Positions 1 through 9,685 of a stretch of 62,208 nt of DNA are shown here, in pieces. This stretch comes from an uncultured Clostridia bacterium (GTDB lineage Bacteria; Bacillota; Clostridia; Christensenellales; Borkfalkiaceae). Position 1 is the first letter of the stretch. Every line of letters begins with the position of its first letter. The DNA is taken from the NCBI GenBank assembly GCA_944354725.1, contig CALVQA010000039.1, positions 1-62,208 on the forward strand, given 5' to 3'. Made by a program: the position numbers and the translations under genes. The notes beneath the pieces are model-generated. The model was not told the origin of the DNA, did no database searches, and saw only the letters and a program-made list of their open reading frames with translations.

Positions 1-308
1 GTACGTATCATTATCCCGTCGAGATAGCGCGAAAGCACGCGGGCGGTATCCCGTACCGGCTCCCCCCTGCCTATCTGAAGATCGTTGCTCGAGAGGAAGA
101 GCGCATATCCGCCCAACTCATACATGCCGACTTCGAACGACACCCTCGTGCGGGTAGACGCCTTCTGAAATATCATGCCGAGCTTCTTGCCCTTTAAATA
201 ATCTTTCTGAATGCCGTTATTCCGTTCGAACTTGAGCTGGTCTGCAAGATTGAGGACGGAAAGTATGTCTTCCCTTGACAAATCGCCGAGTTTAAGTAAA
301 TGTTTCAT
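1..308 (-). CDS. argF: Ornithine carbamoyltransferase, N-terminal part only (runs off the left window edge)
   Basis: Minus-strand translation from the ATG at 308 reads [32 protein letters not shown]...[23 protein letters not shown], which contains the STRTR carbamoyl-phosphate motif. It is absent from the ORF track because it is truncated. Its start overlaps the argD stop (ATGA). Confidence 0.85.
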   Translation of the reverse strand, partial: MKHLLKLGDLSREDILSVLNLADQLKFERNNGIQKDYLKGKKLGMIFQKASTRTRVSFEVGMYELGGYALFLSSNDLQIGRGEPVRDTARVLSRYLDGIMIR

Positions 309-1471
309 GAGCTTATAACCTCGTTTAATATATTGAGAGCAAAGTCGATATCCTCTTTGCCTATTGTAAGGGGCGGCAACAAACGCACTTTAGAATGTGC
401 GGTAAGCACCAGCAATCCCCTTTCTATACATTCCTTTGCTATCTGCAACGCGGGTTTGGCGGTTTTAATGCCTATCATAAGCCCCATGCCGCTAACCTCT
501 TCCACGCCGCTTATCTTTTTCAGCCCCGCCATGAAGTATTCGCCCTTTTCGCGAACATCGCGGAGCAACTCTTCGTCGAGCCTGCCGATTATGTTGCAGG
601 CCCCGGCACATACAACGGGATTACCGCCGAACGTCGAGCCGTGGTCGCCCGGCCCGAACACGTCGCCGCATTTCCCGAACAACATGCACGCACCTATAGG
701 CAGACCGCCACCAAGGCCTTTGGCCGTAGTGACGATGTCGGGAACTATCCCGTACGCCTGATAGGCGTACAGATGACCGGTCCTGCCGTTACCGGTTTGC
801 ACCTCGTCGCAGATCAGAACGATGTCACGCTCGCGGCAGATCTTTTCGGCGGCTTTAACAAACCCGGCATCGAGCACGTTCACCCCGCTCTCGCCCTGTA
901 TGCACTCTATCATCAGAGCGCAGGTCTTTTCGGTAATGCATTCCCTAAGCCCGTCGACCGAAGCTTCGCAATGCAAAAATCCCTCGGGGAAAGGGCCGAA
1001 ATATTTATGGAACTCGTCCTGCCCGGTCGCCGCGAGAGTGGCAAGCGTGCGGCCGTGGAACGAACCTTTCAGCGTAATGATCTGCTTTCTTTCGGCGCCG
1101 TAAAGCATCTCGGAATATTTGCGCGCGGCCTTTATGGCACACTCGTTGGCTTCCGCACCGCTGTTGCCGAAAAAAACCTTTTTTGCTCCGGTTTTTTCGC
1201 AGAGCAACTTGCCGAGGCGCGCCTGCGGCTCGGTGTAGAACAGGTTGGAGGTGTGCTGCACCCTGTCGAGCTGCACGATAACGGCGCTCTTCCACTCCTC
1301 GTCGTTCACCCCGAAAATATCGACGGCGATCCCGCTGCCGCAGTCGACGTATTCCTTCCCGTCGTAATCGCGGAGCCTGCAGCCCTTCCCGTCTTTAAAC
1401 GCCACGGGGAAACGAGCATAAGTCCCCGCGACATATTCTTTGTCTTCGTCTATGATAAATTTTCCGTCCAT
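305..1471 (-). CDS. argD: Acetylornithine aminotransferase (class III PLP aminotransferase)
   Basis: The 396-aa track ORF shows typical ArgD similarity ([27 protein letters not shown]). The track start at 1495 is TTG. I prefer the ATG at 1471, which has GGAGA 5 nt upstream. The gene sits in the arg cluster. Confidence 0.9.
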   Translation of the reverse strand: MDGKFIIDEDKEYVAGTYARFPVAFKDGKGCRLRDYDGKEYVDCGSGIAVDIFGVNDEEWKSAVIVQLDRVQHTSNLFYTEPQARLGKLLCEKTGAKKVFFGNSGAEANECAIKAARKYSEMLYGAERKQIITLKGSFHGRTLATLAATGQDEFHKYFGPFPEGFLHCEASVDGLRECITEKTCALMIECIQGESGVNVLDAGFVKAAEKICRERDIVLICDEVQTGNGRTGHLYAYQAYGIVPDIVTTAKGLGGGLPIGACMLFGKCGDVFGPGDHGSTFGGNPVVCAGACNIIGRLDEELLRDVREKGEYFMAGLKKISGVEEVSGMGLMIGIKTAKPALQIAKECIERGLLVLTAHSKVRLLPPLTIGKEDIDFALNILNEVISS

Positions 1472-1551
1472 CGCTTCTCCGAAAATATGCGGCAATAGCG
1501 GAAAGTCGCCGCAAACATTAAAATAAAGACTGATTTAAAAATATAAATCAG

Positions 1552-2400
1552 TCAACTGTAGAACATGGTGCCGCTGCCTTCTTCAGACAATATTTCCACC
1601 AAAATGGAATGATAAACCCTTCCGTCGGTTATGAACACCTTGTTCACTCCGCGGCGGATGGCCTCTTTGCAGCATTCGATTTTAGGAATCATGCCTCCCG
1701 ATATTATGCCCTGCTTCACGAGAGCGGGAATATCGGAGACGTAAACTTTTTTAATGAGGCTGTCGGGATCGTTCTTGTTTTCGAGCAATCCCTTTATATC
1801 CGTCATGAGGATAAGACTCTCCGCGCCGAGCGCTCCCGCGATGGCCGCGGCCGCAGTATCGGCGTTTATGTTATAGATATGCCCCTCGTCGTCAAACCCT
1901 ATAGGGGAAATTACGGGCACATAGCCGAGGCTGAGCACGTCGGAGATGATATCGGTATTAACGCAGCTTATTTTGCCGACATAACCGAGTTCGTCAGAAA
2001 TTTTTTCACACCGCAACATATGGCCGTCTTCGCCGCACAGTCCGAGCGACTTGCCCCCCGCCGCACACAGAAGGTCGACGAGCGACTTGTTTACTTTCCC
2101 GGCAAGCGCCATACGCGCGATCTCCGCCGTCTCCTCGTCGGTGTAGCGCAACCCGTTCACAAATTTGGGCACGATCCCCATTTTTTTTGAAATATCGGAT
2201 ATCTCAGGCCCGCCGCCGTGCACGAGCACGACTTTTATGCCGAGAGCGCTCAAAACGGCAACGTCGTTCATAACGGCAAACTTAAGTTTCTCGTCCGTCA
2301 TGGCGTTTCCGCCGTATTTTATAACAAGTATTTTGTTATAGTATTTTTTGATGTACGGCAGAGCTTCTATCAAAAACTCCGCCTGTTCTTGTTTGTCCAT
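1552..2400 (-). CDS. argB: Acetylglutamate kinase
   Basis: Motifs VIKYGGNAM, VLVHGGGP and NINADTAA are present. The track start at 2442 is GTG. The ATG at 2400 has GGAGAG 5 nt upstream. Confidence 0.9.
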   Translation of the reverse strand: MDKQEQAEFLIEALPYIKKYYNKILVIKYGGNAMTDEKLKFAVMNDVAVLSALGIKVVLVHGGGPEISDISKKMGIVPKFVNGLRYTDEETAEIARMALAGKVNKSLVDLLCAAGGKSLGLCGEDGHMLRCEKISDELGYVGKISCVNTDIISDVLSLGYVPVISPIGFDDEGHIYNINADTAAAAIAGALGAESLILMTDIKGLLENKNDPDSLIKKVYVSDIPALVKQGIISGGMIPKIECCKEAIRRGVNKVFITDGRVYHSILVEILSEEGSGTMFYS

Positions 2401-2438
2401 CGAACTCTCCGAAAACAAAACCCGCATACGCGGCCGCA

Positions 2439-3659
2439 TCACGTGCGGTAATCGCCGTTTATTTTAACGTAATCATATGTAAGATCGCATCCCCAAGCAG
2501 AAGCCTTGTTCCTGCCGAGCTTGAGGTCGATGTTTATCGCCACCTCATCGCGCGAGAGCACGCGCTTTGCAAATTCTTCGTCGAAAGCAATGCCGCTGCC
2601 GTCCCTGCAAACAGGGAGCACGCCCTCATCGGAGGCGAAATCGACATCTATCTTTCCGACGTCGACGCTCTCTCCCGCATAGCCTATGGCACAGAGCACC
2701 CTGCCCCAATTCGCGTCGGCTCCGAACATCGCGGCCTTTACCAGAGAGGATTTTATTACCGACCTTGCGACGTTCGAGGCCATTTTTACCGACCTTGCGC
2801 CGCGCACGTTACACTCTATCAACTTTGTGGCGCCCTCGCCGTCCTTTGCGATCATGCGCGAAAGTTTTACGGTACAATAATGAAGCGCCCTCTTAAAGGC
2901 CGAAAAATCTTTGCCCGGCGCCGTTATTTCATCGTTGCCGGCAAGTCCGTTGGCAAGCATGCAGCAGGTATCGTTGGTAGATTGGTCGCCGTCGACGCTG
3001 ACCATGTTGAACGAAGTCTTGACATCTTCGGAAAGAGCTCTTTGCAGCATCGCGGCGGAGATCTTCGCGTCGGTGGTAATGAATATCAGCGTGGTCGCCA
3101 TATTGGGGCATATCATGCCCACGCCCTTGGCTATGGCGCCCATCCTGCACGCTCTTCCTCCCACCGAAAACTCGACAGACACAGACTTCGGAACGGTATC
3201 GGTCGTCATTATAGCTTCCGCCGCAGAAGCGCTGTCGTCGCCGAGAGCCGCATACAGCCTGCCGACGGAAGCCGCCATAGGCCCGATATCGAGCGGAACG
3301 CCTATAACGCCCGTAGACGCCACTATCACGTCGGAGGCCTTTATGCCGCACACATCGGCAGCAAGAGCGCACATCTTTTCGGCAACGGCCTCGCCGTCCT
3401 TATTGCAGGTGTTGGCGTTTCCGCTGTTGCATATGACCGCACGGGCAATTCCGTCGGAAATATTGCGCTTGGAAACGATCACGGGCGCACCCTTCACCAG
3501 GTTTTGCGTAAAAACGCCCGCCGCAGCACACGGCACATCGCTCACGATGAGCGCAAAATCTTTTTTATCTTTATTTTTCCGTATGCCGCAATGTATGCCC
3601 GCAGCCTTAAAACCGACAGGCGCGCAAACGCCGCCGTCTATCTCACGCAAAAAAAACAT
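2439..3659 (-). CDS. argJ: Bifunctional ornithine acetyltransferase / N-acetylglutamate synthase
   Basis: ArgJ hallmarks are present: GFKAAG.HCGI near the N-terminus and the autoprocessing region NMATTLIF.TTDA. The ATG at 3659 lies downstream of a predicted internal promoter. The longer track start at 3713 would lie upstream of the predicted transcription start. Confidence 0.88.
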   Translation of the reverse strand: MFFLREIDGGVCAPVGFKAAGIHCGIRKNKDKKDFALIVSDVPCAAAGVFTQNLVKGAPVIVSKRNISDGIARAVICNSGNANTCNKDGEAVAEKMCALAADVCGIKASDVIVASTGVIGVPLDIGPMAASVGRLYAALGDDSASAAEAIMTTDTVPKSVSVEFSVGGRACRMGAIAKGVGMICPNMATTLIFITTDAKISAAMLQRALSEDVKTSFNMVSVDGDQSTNDTCCMLANGLAGNDEITAPGKDFSAFKRALHYCTVKLSRMIAKDGEGATKLIECNVRGARSVKMASNVARSVIKSSLVKAAMFGADANWGRVLCAIGYAGESVDVGKIDVDFASDEGVLPVCRDGSGIAFDEEFAKRVLSRDEVAINIDLKLGRNKASAWGCDLTYDYVKINGDYRT

Positions 3660-3715
3660 ATCTATGATCTTTCCGAATGCGGCGGCCGGGCAAAGCATAT
3701 CCGACCGTCGCAATA

Positions 3716-3744
3716 ATTATAACTTAAAAAAACCTTTCAGTCAA
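3716..3744 (-). promoter_or_regulatory. Putative sigma-A-type internal promoter upstream of argJ (TTGACT-17 nt-TATAAT)
   Basis: The minus strand reads TTGACT gaaaggtttttttaagt TATAAT. The -35 is at 3744-3739 and the -10 at 3721-3716. Confidence 0.45.
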
Positions 3745-3807
3745 TCGACTTTATTTATAAAATACAAAACAACGCAAAACCTTTTACGGTGCACGAACTC
3801 CCCGACG

Positions 3808-4740
3808 TCAGGCGAGGGAATAGCCCTCGTCGAGACCGAGCATGATATTCATGTTCTGCACGGCAGCGCCCGAGGCGCCCTTGCCGAGATTGTCGAACAC
3901 GCTGCACAAAAGTATCATTTCGTCGTTGCCGCAAACATATATCTCGAGCATGTTCGTCCCCGACAGCCCGTTCGCGGGCAGATAAGCGGGAACATCCTCT
4001 TTTTTTGCCACTTTTATAAATTTATGCGACGCATAATACTCTGCAAAATACTCAATCATATCATCGGTTCCCACTTTTTTAAGCAAAAGCGACTTATACA
4101 GCGGCACCGTGACGCACATACCGCAATAAAAATCGGCCACGATGGGATTGAATATAGGCGCATGAGCAAGACCGCATTCCTTTACCATCTCGGGAATATG
4201 CTTATGCGAAAGAGAAAGCGCGTATTGCCTCGGCGAATCGAGCGAAACGTCTCTGCTCTCGGACTCATATTCGGCTATCATCTTTTTGCCGCCGCCCGAA
4301 TACCCCGTGACAGAATGCGCCGTGAGGGGATAATCGGCCCCGACGATCCCGCCTTTGACGAGCGGAGCGACGAGCGAAATAAAACCCGTGGCGTGACATC
4401 CGGGATTTGCCACCCTGCTCGCGGAAGCTATCTCCTCCCTTCTGCCTCGGGCGATCTCGGGGAATCCGTAAACCCACCCGTCGGAAACGCGATGAGCGGT
4501 GGACGCATCGATCACACGCGCCGACGGAGAGGTTATCAACGAAACACTTTCCCTGGCAGCGGCATCGGGAAGACATAAAAAACTTATATCGGCAGAGTTC
4601 AGGCACTCCCTGCGGGCAGACGGATCTTTTCGCTTGCTTTCCGGCAGCACGATAAGATTTATATCGGCACGCTTTTCCAATCTTTCGCAGATCTGCAGGC
4701 CCGTCGTGCCTTCACGGCCGTCAATAAAAACGTTATACAT
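3808..4740 (-). CDS. argC: N-acetyl-gamma-glutamyl-phosphate reductase (short ~310-aa form)
   Basis: N-terminal GREGTTG, a catalytic-Cys context NPGCHATG, and an ATG start. The gene sits in the arg cluster. Confidence 0.9.
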   Translation of the reverse strand: MYNVFIDGREGTTGLQICERLEKRADINLIVLPESKRKDPSARRECLNSADISFLCLPDAAARESVSLITSPSARVIDASTAHRVSDGWVYGFPEIARGRREEIASASRVANPGCHATGFISLVAPLVKGGIVGADYPLTAHSVTGYSGGGKKMIAEYESESRDVSLDSPRQYALSLSHKHIPEMVKECGLAHAPIFNPIVADFYCGMCVTVPLYKSLLLKKVGTDDMIEYFAEYYASHKFIKVAKKEDVPAYLPANGLSGTNMLEIYVCGNDEMILLCSVFDNLGKGASGAAVQNMNIMLGLDEGYSLA

Positions 4741-4756
4741 CTATACCCGTTACAGC

Positions 4757-4781
4757 GCCGCGCCGTGAATAACGGCGCGGC
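4757..4781 (-). terminator. GC-rich stem-loop between argG and argC with no clear U-tract, possibly a partial terminator or processing/stability element
   Basis: A 10-bp perfect stem, gccgcgccgt / acggcgcggc, with a 5-nt loop lies immediately after the argG TAA stop. Confidence 0.3.
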
Positions 4782-4793
4782 AGGCTAAATAAT

Positions 4794-6014
4794 TTATTTG
4801 AGCTTTTTTTCGTCGAGGAGAGCCTTTATTTTTATAGGCAATCCGAAGAGATTTATAAACCCTGCCGAATCGGTCTGGTCATAGCAGTCGTCGGCACCGA
4901 ACGTCGCTATATCCTCGCTATAGAGCGAATGCGGCGATGTTATCCCGGCAGGGATGACGTTGCCCTTGTATATGCGCAGCTTCACGTCGCCGGTAACGTT
5001 CTCCTGCGTTTTTTCCACAAACGCATCGAGCGCCTCCCTCAAAGGCGTGAACCACTGGCCGTCATACACCATCTCGCCGTATTTCACGGCGATGAGCTGC
5101 TTATAGTGCGCGGTGGCCTTGTCGAGACAGATCGACTCCAACAACTCGTGCGCGGCATACAATATCGTGCCGCCGGGCGTCTCGTATACGCCGCGGCTCT
5201 TCATGCCCACAAGACGATTCTCGACCATGTCTATTATCCCGACGCCGTTCTCGCCGCCGATCTTGTTCAATTTTTCCACGAGCGAAACGCTGTCGAGCTC
5301 CTCCCCGTCGAGCGCGGTAGGAACGCCCTTCTCGAAATGTATGGTTATATAGGTGCTCTTGTCGGGCGCCATCCATGGAGACACGCCCAGCTCGAGTATT
5401 TTATCGTACTGCGGTTCGTTGGCAGGATCTTCGAGGTCGAGCCCCTCGTGAGAAAGATGCCACAGGTTTTTATCTTTGGAATAGTTGGTCTCCCTGCTGA
5501 TCTTTAGCGGAACGTTGTGCGCCTCGGCATAATCGATCTCTTCGTCGCGGCTCTTTATGTCCCATATGCGCCAGGGAGCGATTATCGGCATTTCGGGCGC
5601 GAATGCCTTTATCGAAAGTTCGAAACGCACCTGATCGTTGCCCTTGCCCGTGCACCCGTGGCAGATCGCGTCGGCCCCCTCTTTTTTGGCTATCTCGACT
5701 ATGCGCTTTGCGATGACGGGGCGGGCGAACGAAGTACCGAGAAGATACTTATTCTCGTAAACGGCCCCCGCCTTCATCGTCGGATAGATATAATCTTCTA
5801 TAAATTCCTTGCGGAGATCTTCTATATAGAGCTTAGACGCACCCGTTTTTAACGCCTTTTCTTCCAGGCCGTCGAGTTCCGACTGCTGTCCCACATCGGC
5901 AGAAACGGCAACAACTTCGCAGTTGTCGTAATTTTCTTTAAGCCAGGGAATGATTATTGAGGTGTCAAGCCCGCCGGAATAGGCAAGCACGACTTTTTTG
6001 ATTTTCTTTTCCAT
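4794..6014 (-). CDS. argG: Argininosuccinate synthase
   Basis: The N-terminus [14 protein letters not shown] forms the ATP PP-loop, and similarity to ArgG runs the full length. The ATG at 6014 is preferred. The longer ATG at 6056 would sit about at the predicted transcription start. Confidence 0.9.
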   Translation of the reverse strand: MEKKIKKVVLAYSGGLDTSIIIPWLKENYDNCEVVAVSADVGQQSELDGLEEKALKTGASKLYIEDLRKEFIEDYIYPTMKAGAVYENKYLLGTSFARPVIAKRIVEIAKKEGADAICHGCTGKGNDQVRFELSIKAFAPEMPIIAPWRIWDIKSRDEEIDYAEAHNVPLKISRETNYSKDKNLWHLSHEGLDLEDPANEPQYDKILELGVSPWMAPDKSTYITIHFEKGVPTALDGEELDSVSLVEKLNKIGGENGVGIIDMVENRLVGMKSRGVYETPGGTILYAAHELLESICLDKATAHYKQLIAVKYGEMVYDGQWFTPLREALDAFVEKTQENVTGDVKLRIYKGNVIPAGITSPHSLYSEDIATFGADDCYDQTDSAGFINLFGLPIKIKALLDEKKLK

Positions 6015-6064
6015 AGTTCCAGTTCCGAAAATTTTATTTGAAGCCCTCGGCTCCATCTTGCAAG

Positions 6065-6093
6065 ATTATACAACACGCCGAGCATTTAGTCAA
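6065..6093 (-). promoter_or_regulatory. Putative argG promoter (TTGACT-17 nt-TATAAT)
   Basis: The minus strand reads cTTGACTaaatgctcggcgtgttgTATAATc. The -35 is at 6093-6088 and the -10 at 6070-6065. Confidence 0.5.
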
Positions 6094-6134
6094 GCGTTTG
6101 TGCTGCATATTTAAAAAGAATTTTGCTTGATTGT

Positions 6135-6188
6135 TGCATAATTATACATAAATTATACATATATAACAAATTTATGTATAATTATTCA
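6135..6188. promoter_or_regulatory. ARG-box-like operators (candidate ArgR/AhrC sites) in an AT-only palindromic block upstream of the argG promoter
   Basis: TGCATAATTATACA (6135-6148) and TGTATAATTATTCA (6175-6188) each resemble the TGAATwwwwATTCA ARG-box core. There are 13-nt inverted arms ataattatacata / tatgtataattat. A perfect 11-bp tandem aattatacata x2 lies at 6140-6161. Confidence 0.45.
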
Positions 6189-6220
6189 ATAACACGCCAA
6201 GTCTTCCGACGACAGGCGGT

Positions 6221-6862
6221 TCAATACATGCGGGCGAGGAAGGCATACCTCTTCAAACGAGCGCGTTTTGTTTTCCAGTCCGGCAAAAAAGAACCTACCA
6301 GCGCCCAAAATTTTTCGGAATGGTCGCAGTGCACGACATGACATAGTTCGTGCAACATTACATAGTCCTGCAGCTCGCGCGGCAACATAAGCAATTTGAA
6401 ATTGAAGGCTATATTGCCCTTACCGTCGCAACGTCCCCACACATTTTTATATGAGCGGACGGTAACATCCGAAGCGTACAGCCCGCACGCCTCCTGCAAG
6501 CGGCGGAAACGCTCAATAAACTGCCCGCCGAGACTGTTGACGTATGCCGCCTTGAACCCTTTCATGCCGGTGACGTGTACACCTTCGTCATCGATAAAAT
6601 TGCGTCTGCCGAAGCACACCGGCACAAGCCTGCCCGACACATACGCCTTGCGATAATTTTTTACATCTGCACAGGCGAGCGAATTGCAGGCGTTGAAAGC
6701 GAGCGCGCGCTCTATCCACGTGCGCTTCTCCTCCAAAAGACGCTCCACTTCCGCAACCGAAACGCTTCGCGGCGCACGGACCACCACCTCGTTATCCTCG
6801 GTGACTCTTATCGCGATCGTTTTGCGGTCGCACTTTACAAGCGAGTAACAAACCGACGGCAT
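6221..6862 (-). CDS. YgjP/DUF45-type M48-family zinc metallopeptidase
   Basis: The C-terminal motif HELCHVVHCDHSEKFW (HExxH) is present. The track start at 6898 is GTG. The ATG at 6862 has GGAGG 7 nt upstream. Confidence 0.75.
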   Translation of the reverse strand: MPSVCYSLVKCDRKTIAIRVTEDNEVVVRAPRSVSVAEVERLLEEKRTWIERALAFNACNSLACADVKNYRKAYVSGRLVPVCFGRRNFIDDEGVHVTGMKGFKAAYVNSLGGQFIERFRRLQEACGLYASDVTVRSYKNVWGRCDGKGNIAFNFKLLMLPRELQDYVMLHELCHVVHCDHSEKFWALVGSFLPDWKTKRARLKRYAFLARMY

Positions 6863-6919
6863 CCCCTGCCTCCACGTTAAAACTGCCCGCAGCGGCACAT
6901 GCCGAGCGGACAGCAGATA

Positions 6920-7651
6920 TTACTCTTCATCGATAAATTCCGCCTTGAGGCGAACGCGGGGCTCGCCGCCGACGCGCCCCTCTATCAGCGTGAAGCCGTC
7001 GCAATCGGAACGATAGAACTCCAGCTTTTCGCCGTATTTGCATTGCTTTACATAAGTTATCTGCACGGCGCCCAAACTTTTGCCCGCAAACTCGTCTACA
7101 TCGAAAACATCGAGGCACATATCGGCATATTTTGTGTTGTTCACATGGTGATAATGGTCGTAATCGGAGAGAGAAACGACCTTCTCATACTTCTTGACGC
7201 CGTCCTTTACCGCGGGAATGCGCCAAGAATTGAAATCTATGGCGCGAAACTCGTTATATTCGCGCGTATCGCCCTCGAAGAACGCACTCGTGGGGAGTAT
7301 CGAAAACGTTTCGAGATCGACCATGCACCAGCGCGTCGTGGCGGCGCAAACTTTAATGCCGTCGCAGTAAACTTCGAATTCCCTGAAAAAGATGGTGTTC
7401 TTCGGCTTCATCGGCCAGGTATGGACAGTTAGCCTGTCTTTAAGGCGCATCGGGCGATATATCTCTATATACCAGTTGGCAAGGATGAACCCTATACCGC
7501 GGGGCGTTATGTCGTCATAGCCGAAGCCGAGCTCGTCGGCAGAAGCGCATGCAGACTCTTCGAGCACGGAAAGAAGCGACGAAAGTTTAAGCTCGTCTTT
7601 AAAATCAACGTCCGTATAACGGATGTCGTAATTTCTGATGTTCTTATACAT
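6920..7651 (-). CDS. Acyl-[acyl-carrier-protein] thioesterase (FatA/B-like double hotdog)
   Basis: N-terminal Y.IRYTDVDF..ELKLSSLL..LEE...ADELGFG and C-terminal DYDHYHHVNNTKY are typical of bacterial acyl-ACP thioesterases. Confidence 0.8.
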   Translation of the reverse strand: MYKNIRNYDIRYTDVDFKDELKLSSLLSVLEESACASADELGFGYDDITPRGIGFILANWYIEIYRPMRLKDRLTVHTWPMKPKNTIFFREFEVYCDGIKVCAATTRWCMVDLETFSILPTSAFFEGDTREYNEFRAIDFNSWRIPAVKDGVKKYEKVVSLSDYDHYHHVNNTKYADMCLDVFDVDEFAGKSLGAVQITYVKQCKYGEKLEFYRSDCDGFTLIEGRVGGEPRVRLKAEFIDEE

Positions 7652-7773
7652 AATACTTCACCTGATATATCTTACGTATTTATTTTAGCACAAATCTTGC
7701 CCCATGTCCACAAAATGAGAATACATGTTTCAATTTATGTATGACATAATACTATATAAATATCTGCAAACTA

Positions 7774-7803
7774 TTGACATATCGGCGCATATTATGATAT
7801 AAT
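7774..7803 (+). promoter_or_regulatory. Putative promoter of the PadR-like/flavodoxin operon (TTGACA-18 nt-TGaTATAAT)
   Basis: TTGACA lies at 7774-7779 and an extended -10 TGATATAAT at 7795-7803, 26 nt upstream of the ATG at 7829. Confidence 0.6.
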
Positions 7804-7828
7804 TTGTATAAATTACGGGAGATAAAAC

Positions 7829-9667
7829 ATGGATAAAAATACCGAAGAATTCGAAGGCGGCCCCGGCGGCAAATCTTCGATAAGCGCCGACCTTATACGC
7901 GGCCATATCAACACCATAATCCTCCGTTCGCTGTACGAAGAGGACAAATACGGCTATGAGATCATTAACGAGATAAACGAAAAGAGTCACGGCCAGTATA
8001 CGCTCAAACAGCCCACCTTGTACAGCGCTCTCAAGAGGCTGGAAAACCAGGGCTACATTCAGGCCTATTGGAAGAACGACGAAGTTTCTGCAGGCGGCAG
8101 AAGGAAATATTTCCGCCTTACCGAACGCGGCAGGGAAATAACCGAGCGCAACCAGGCCGAATGGGAATATTCGAGGACGGTGATCGACAATCTCATATCC
8201 GACAAAAATTTTGATTTCAGCCGTCCCGCCCCCACCCCCGTCGATTTTAAGATCTTAAAACAGGCCACGTCGCGCGTGCCCGTCGTTCACGACGAAAGCC
8301 GGGCGGAGGGCTTGCCGCAAGAAGCGGCGCCCGGGTTTGAAACCGAAAACTTTGTTTCGGAAGAAGAACCCACCGTTTACGTCGACGACCCGAATTCTGC
8401 TCCCGAGCCCGCCGTGGTATACAGCTCCGAAACGGAAAAACCGCTCGCCTATTCCGAGCAGGTATTCGAGAGCGGCATCCGTCCCTCTCAAAGCGAACGG
8501 CAGCCCGAACAGGCATACGGCGTAGAGCACACGGAGACATACGAGGCGCAGGCGCAAGCCGAAACAACAGCCGCAAACGACTACGCCGAACGGCAGGCGC
8601 AAGCCGAAGCAACGGCTACAGATGAATACGCCGAACGGCAGACGCAAGCCGAGGCAACGGCAGCAAACGAATACGCCGAACGGCAGTCGCAGGCCGAGGC
8701 AGCCGTTCCCGACATGGGCGACGGCTTCGACGATGCGGCGCCCGTAAACCAGACTTACGAACAGCCCGCAACGAACGAAGAAAACCCTGCACCTCAGCAG
8801 GCTCAGCCGCCTTTCGATCCCGACAAATTTGAGGCGGAACGCGAGAAATACACCTCTCAGCTCTCGCAGCAGCTCGACGAAGAGAGCCGCCGCCAGCAGC
8901 ACGAGAACTACATGAAGCTCATTTCGGGCGACGATGACGAAAAGCGCGGCAACTCGTACGACGAGCGGCGCGAAAGCATGATATACAACGACCGTCCCGA
9001 AGAAGAGCGCGACTATAAGAACCTGATCGACAAACTGTTCGAAAACACCCTCAAAAATTCGGAGCCCGTGCCCGAACAGCCCTATATCCAGGCACAGCAG
9101 CGCGAACCTTTGAGGCAGGCCCCAGCACCCGAAGCTTTTTCGGCCGAACCTGCGCAGACGGTGAGATACGGCGGCTACGACGAAGTGATGAAGAGGGCTG
9201 CTTCCGACGGCATAAAGGTAACGACTTCGGAAGAGGCGTTCGCCGCGGGCAGCGTCAAACAAAAAACATACAACAAGGGCGCCACGCTTTTTAAATGCTC
9301 GCTGATAATCGGCATAATAATGCTGGTAGAATTTATTATAACCATATCGCTGAAAACTCAGCTCGGCGTAAGCGTCGCATATCCCATAGTGATACTTGCA
9401 ATGGGGCTCGGCACGGTTATCGTATGCGGAATATTGTTTGCCACCCGCTACGGCACACACATGCGCAAACCCGTTACGTTGAAATATATTATAACTTCGA
9501 GCATCATAACGGTGATACTCATAGTTGTAATAATACTCTTCGGCGTGATTATACAAACCAACTGGACGGCCGCAAACGAAGTGCTCGCAAATGTGGTGAT
9601 ACCCTGCATAATCGCGCTGAATATCCCCGTATTTACGCTCAGCTTTTACCTTCTCACAAAAAACTGA
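7829..9667 (+). CDS. PadR-family winged-helix regulator fused to a long low-complexity linker and a C-terminal four-helix membrane domain
   Basis: The N-terminal ~100 aa, LIRGHINTIILRSLYEEDKYGYEI...YTLKQPTLYSALKRLENQGYI..YW........RRKYFRLTERG, are PadR-like. Residues ~130-470 are rich in E, Q, A and P. The last ~125 aa contain four hydrophobic segments. An RBS GGGAG precedes the ATG. Confidence 0.75.
   Translation: MDKNTEEFEGGPGGKSSISADLIRGHINTIILRSLYEEDKYGYEIINEINEKSHGQYTLKQPTLYSALKRLENQGYIQAYWKNDEVSAGGRRKYFRLTERGREITERNQAEWEYSRTVIDNLISDKNFDFSRPAPTPVDFKILKQATSRVPVVHDESRAEGLPQEAAPGFETENFVSEEEPTVYVDDPNSAPEPAVVYSSETEKPLAYSEQVFESGIRPSQSERQPEQAYGVEHTETYEAQAQAETTAANDYAERQAQAEATATDEYAERQTQAEATAANEYAERQSQAEAAVPDMGDGFDDAAPVNQTYEQPATNEENPAPQQAQPPFDPDKFEAEREKYTSQLSQQLDEESRRQQHENYMKLISGDDDEKRGNSYDERRESMIYNDRPEEERDYKNLIDKLFENTLKNSEPVPEQPYIQAQQREPLRQAPAPEAFSAEPAQTVRYGGYDEVMKRAASDGIKVTTSEEAFAAGSVKQKTYNKGATLFKCSLIIGIIMLVEFIITISLKTQLGVSVAYPIVILAMGLGTVIVCGILFATRYGTHMRKPVTLKYIITSSIITVILIVVIILFGVIIQTNWTAANEVLANVVIPCIIALNIPVFTLSFYLLTKN
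8549..8710 (+). repeat. In-frame 45-nt tandem repeat (about 3.6 copies) inside the PadR-like linker
   Basis: Units start at 8549, 8594 and 8639, with a partial unit at 8684. They encode QAQAE(T/A)TA(A/T)(N/D)(D/E)YAER. Confidence 0.85.
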
Positions 9668-9685
9668 GCAACCGAGGAAGATCAA

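Noticed and set aside
395-1498. 367-aa plus-strand ORF covering the whole of argD on the opposite strand. Similar long shadow ORFs lie at 2911-4578, 8255-9877, 20298-21578, 21559-22797, 30084-31418, 36278-37582, 38618-39982, 40643-41650 and 49237-50700.
   Set aside because: Each lies antisense to a gene with unmistakable conserved motifs (ArgD, ArgJ/ArgC, PadR, RimO, FtsK, FtsZ, MurD, MurE, PBP, PotD). Their translations are low-complexity and rich in R, A, G and V, with no recognisable domains. Stop-free antisense frames are expected in GC-rich coding DNA.
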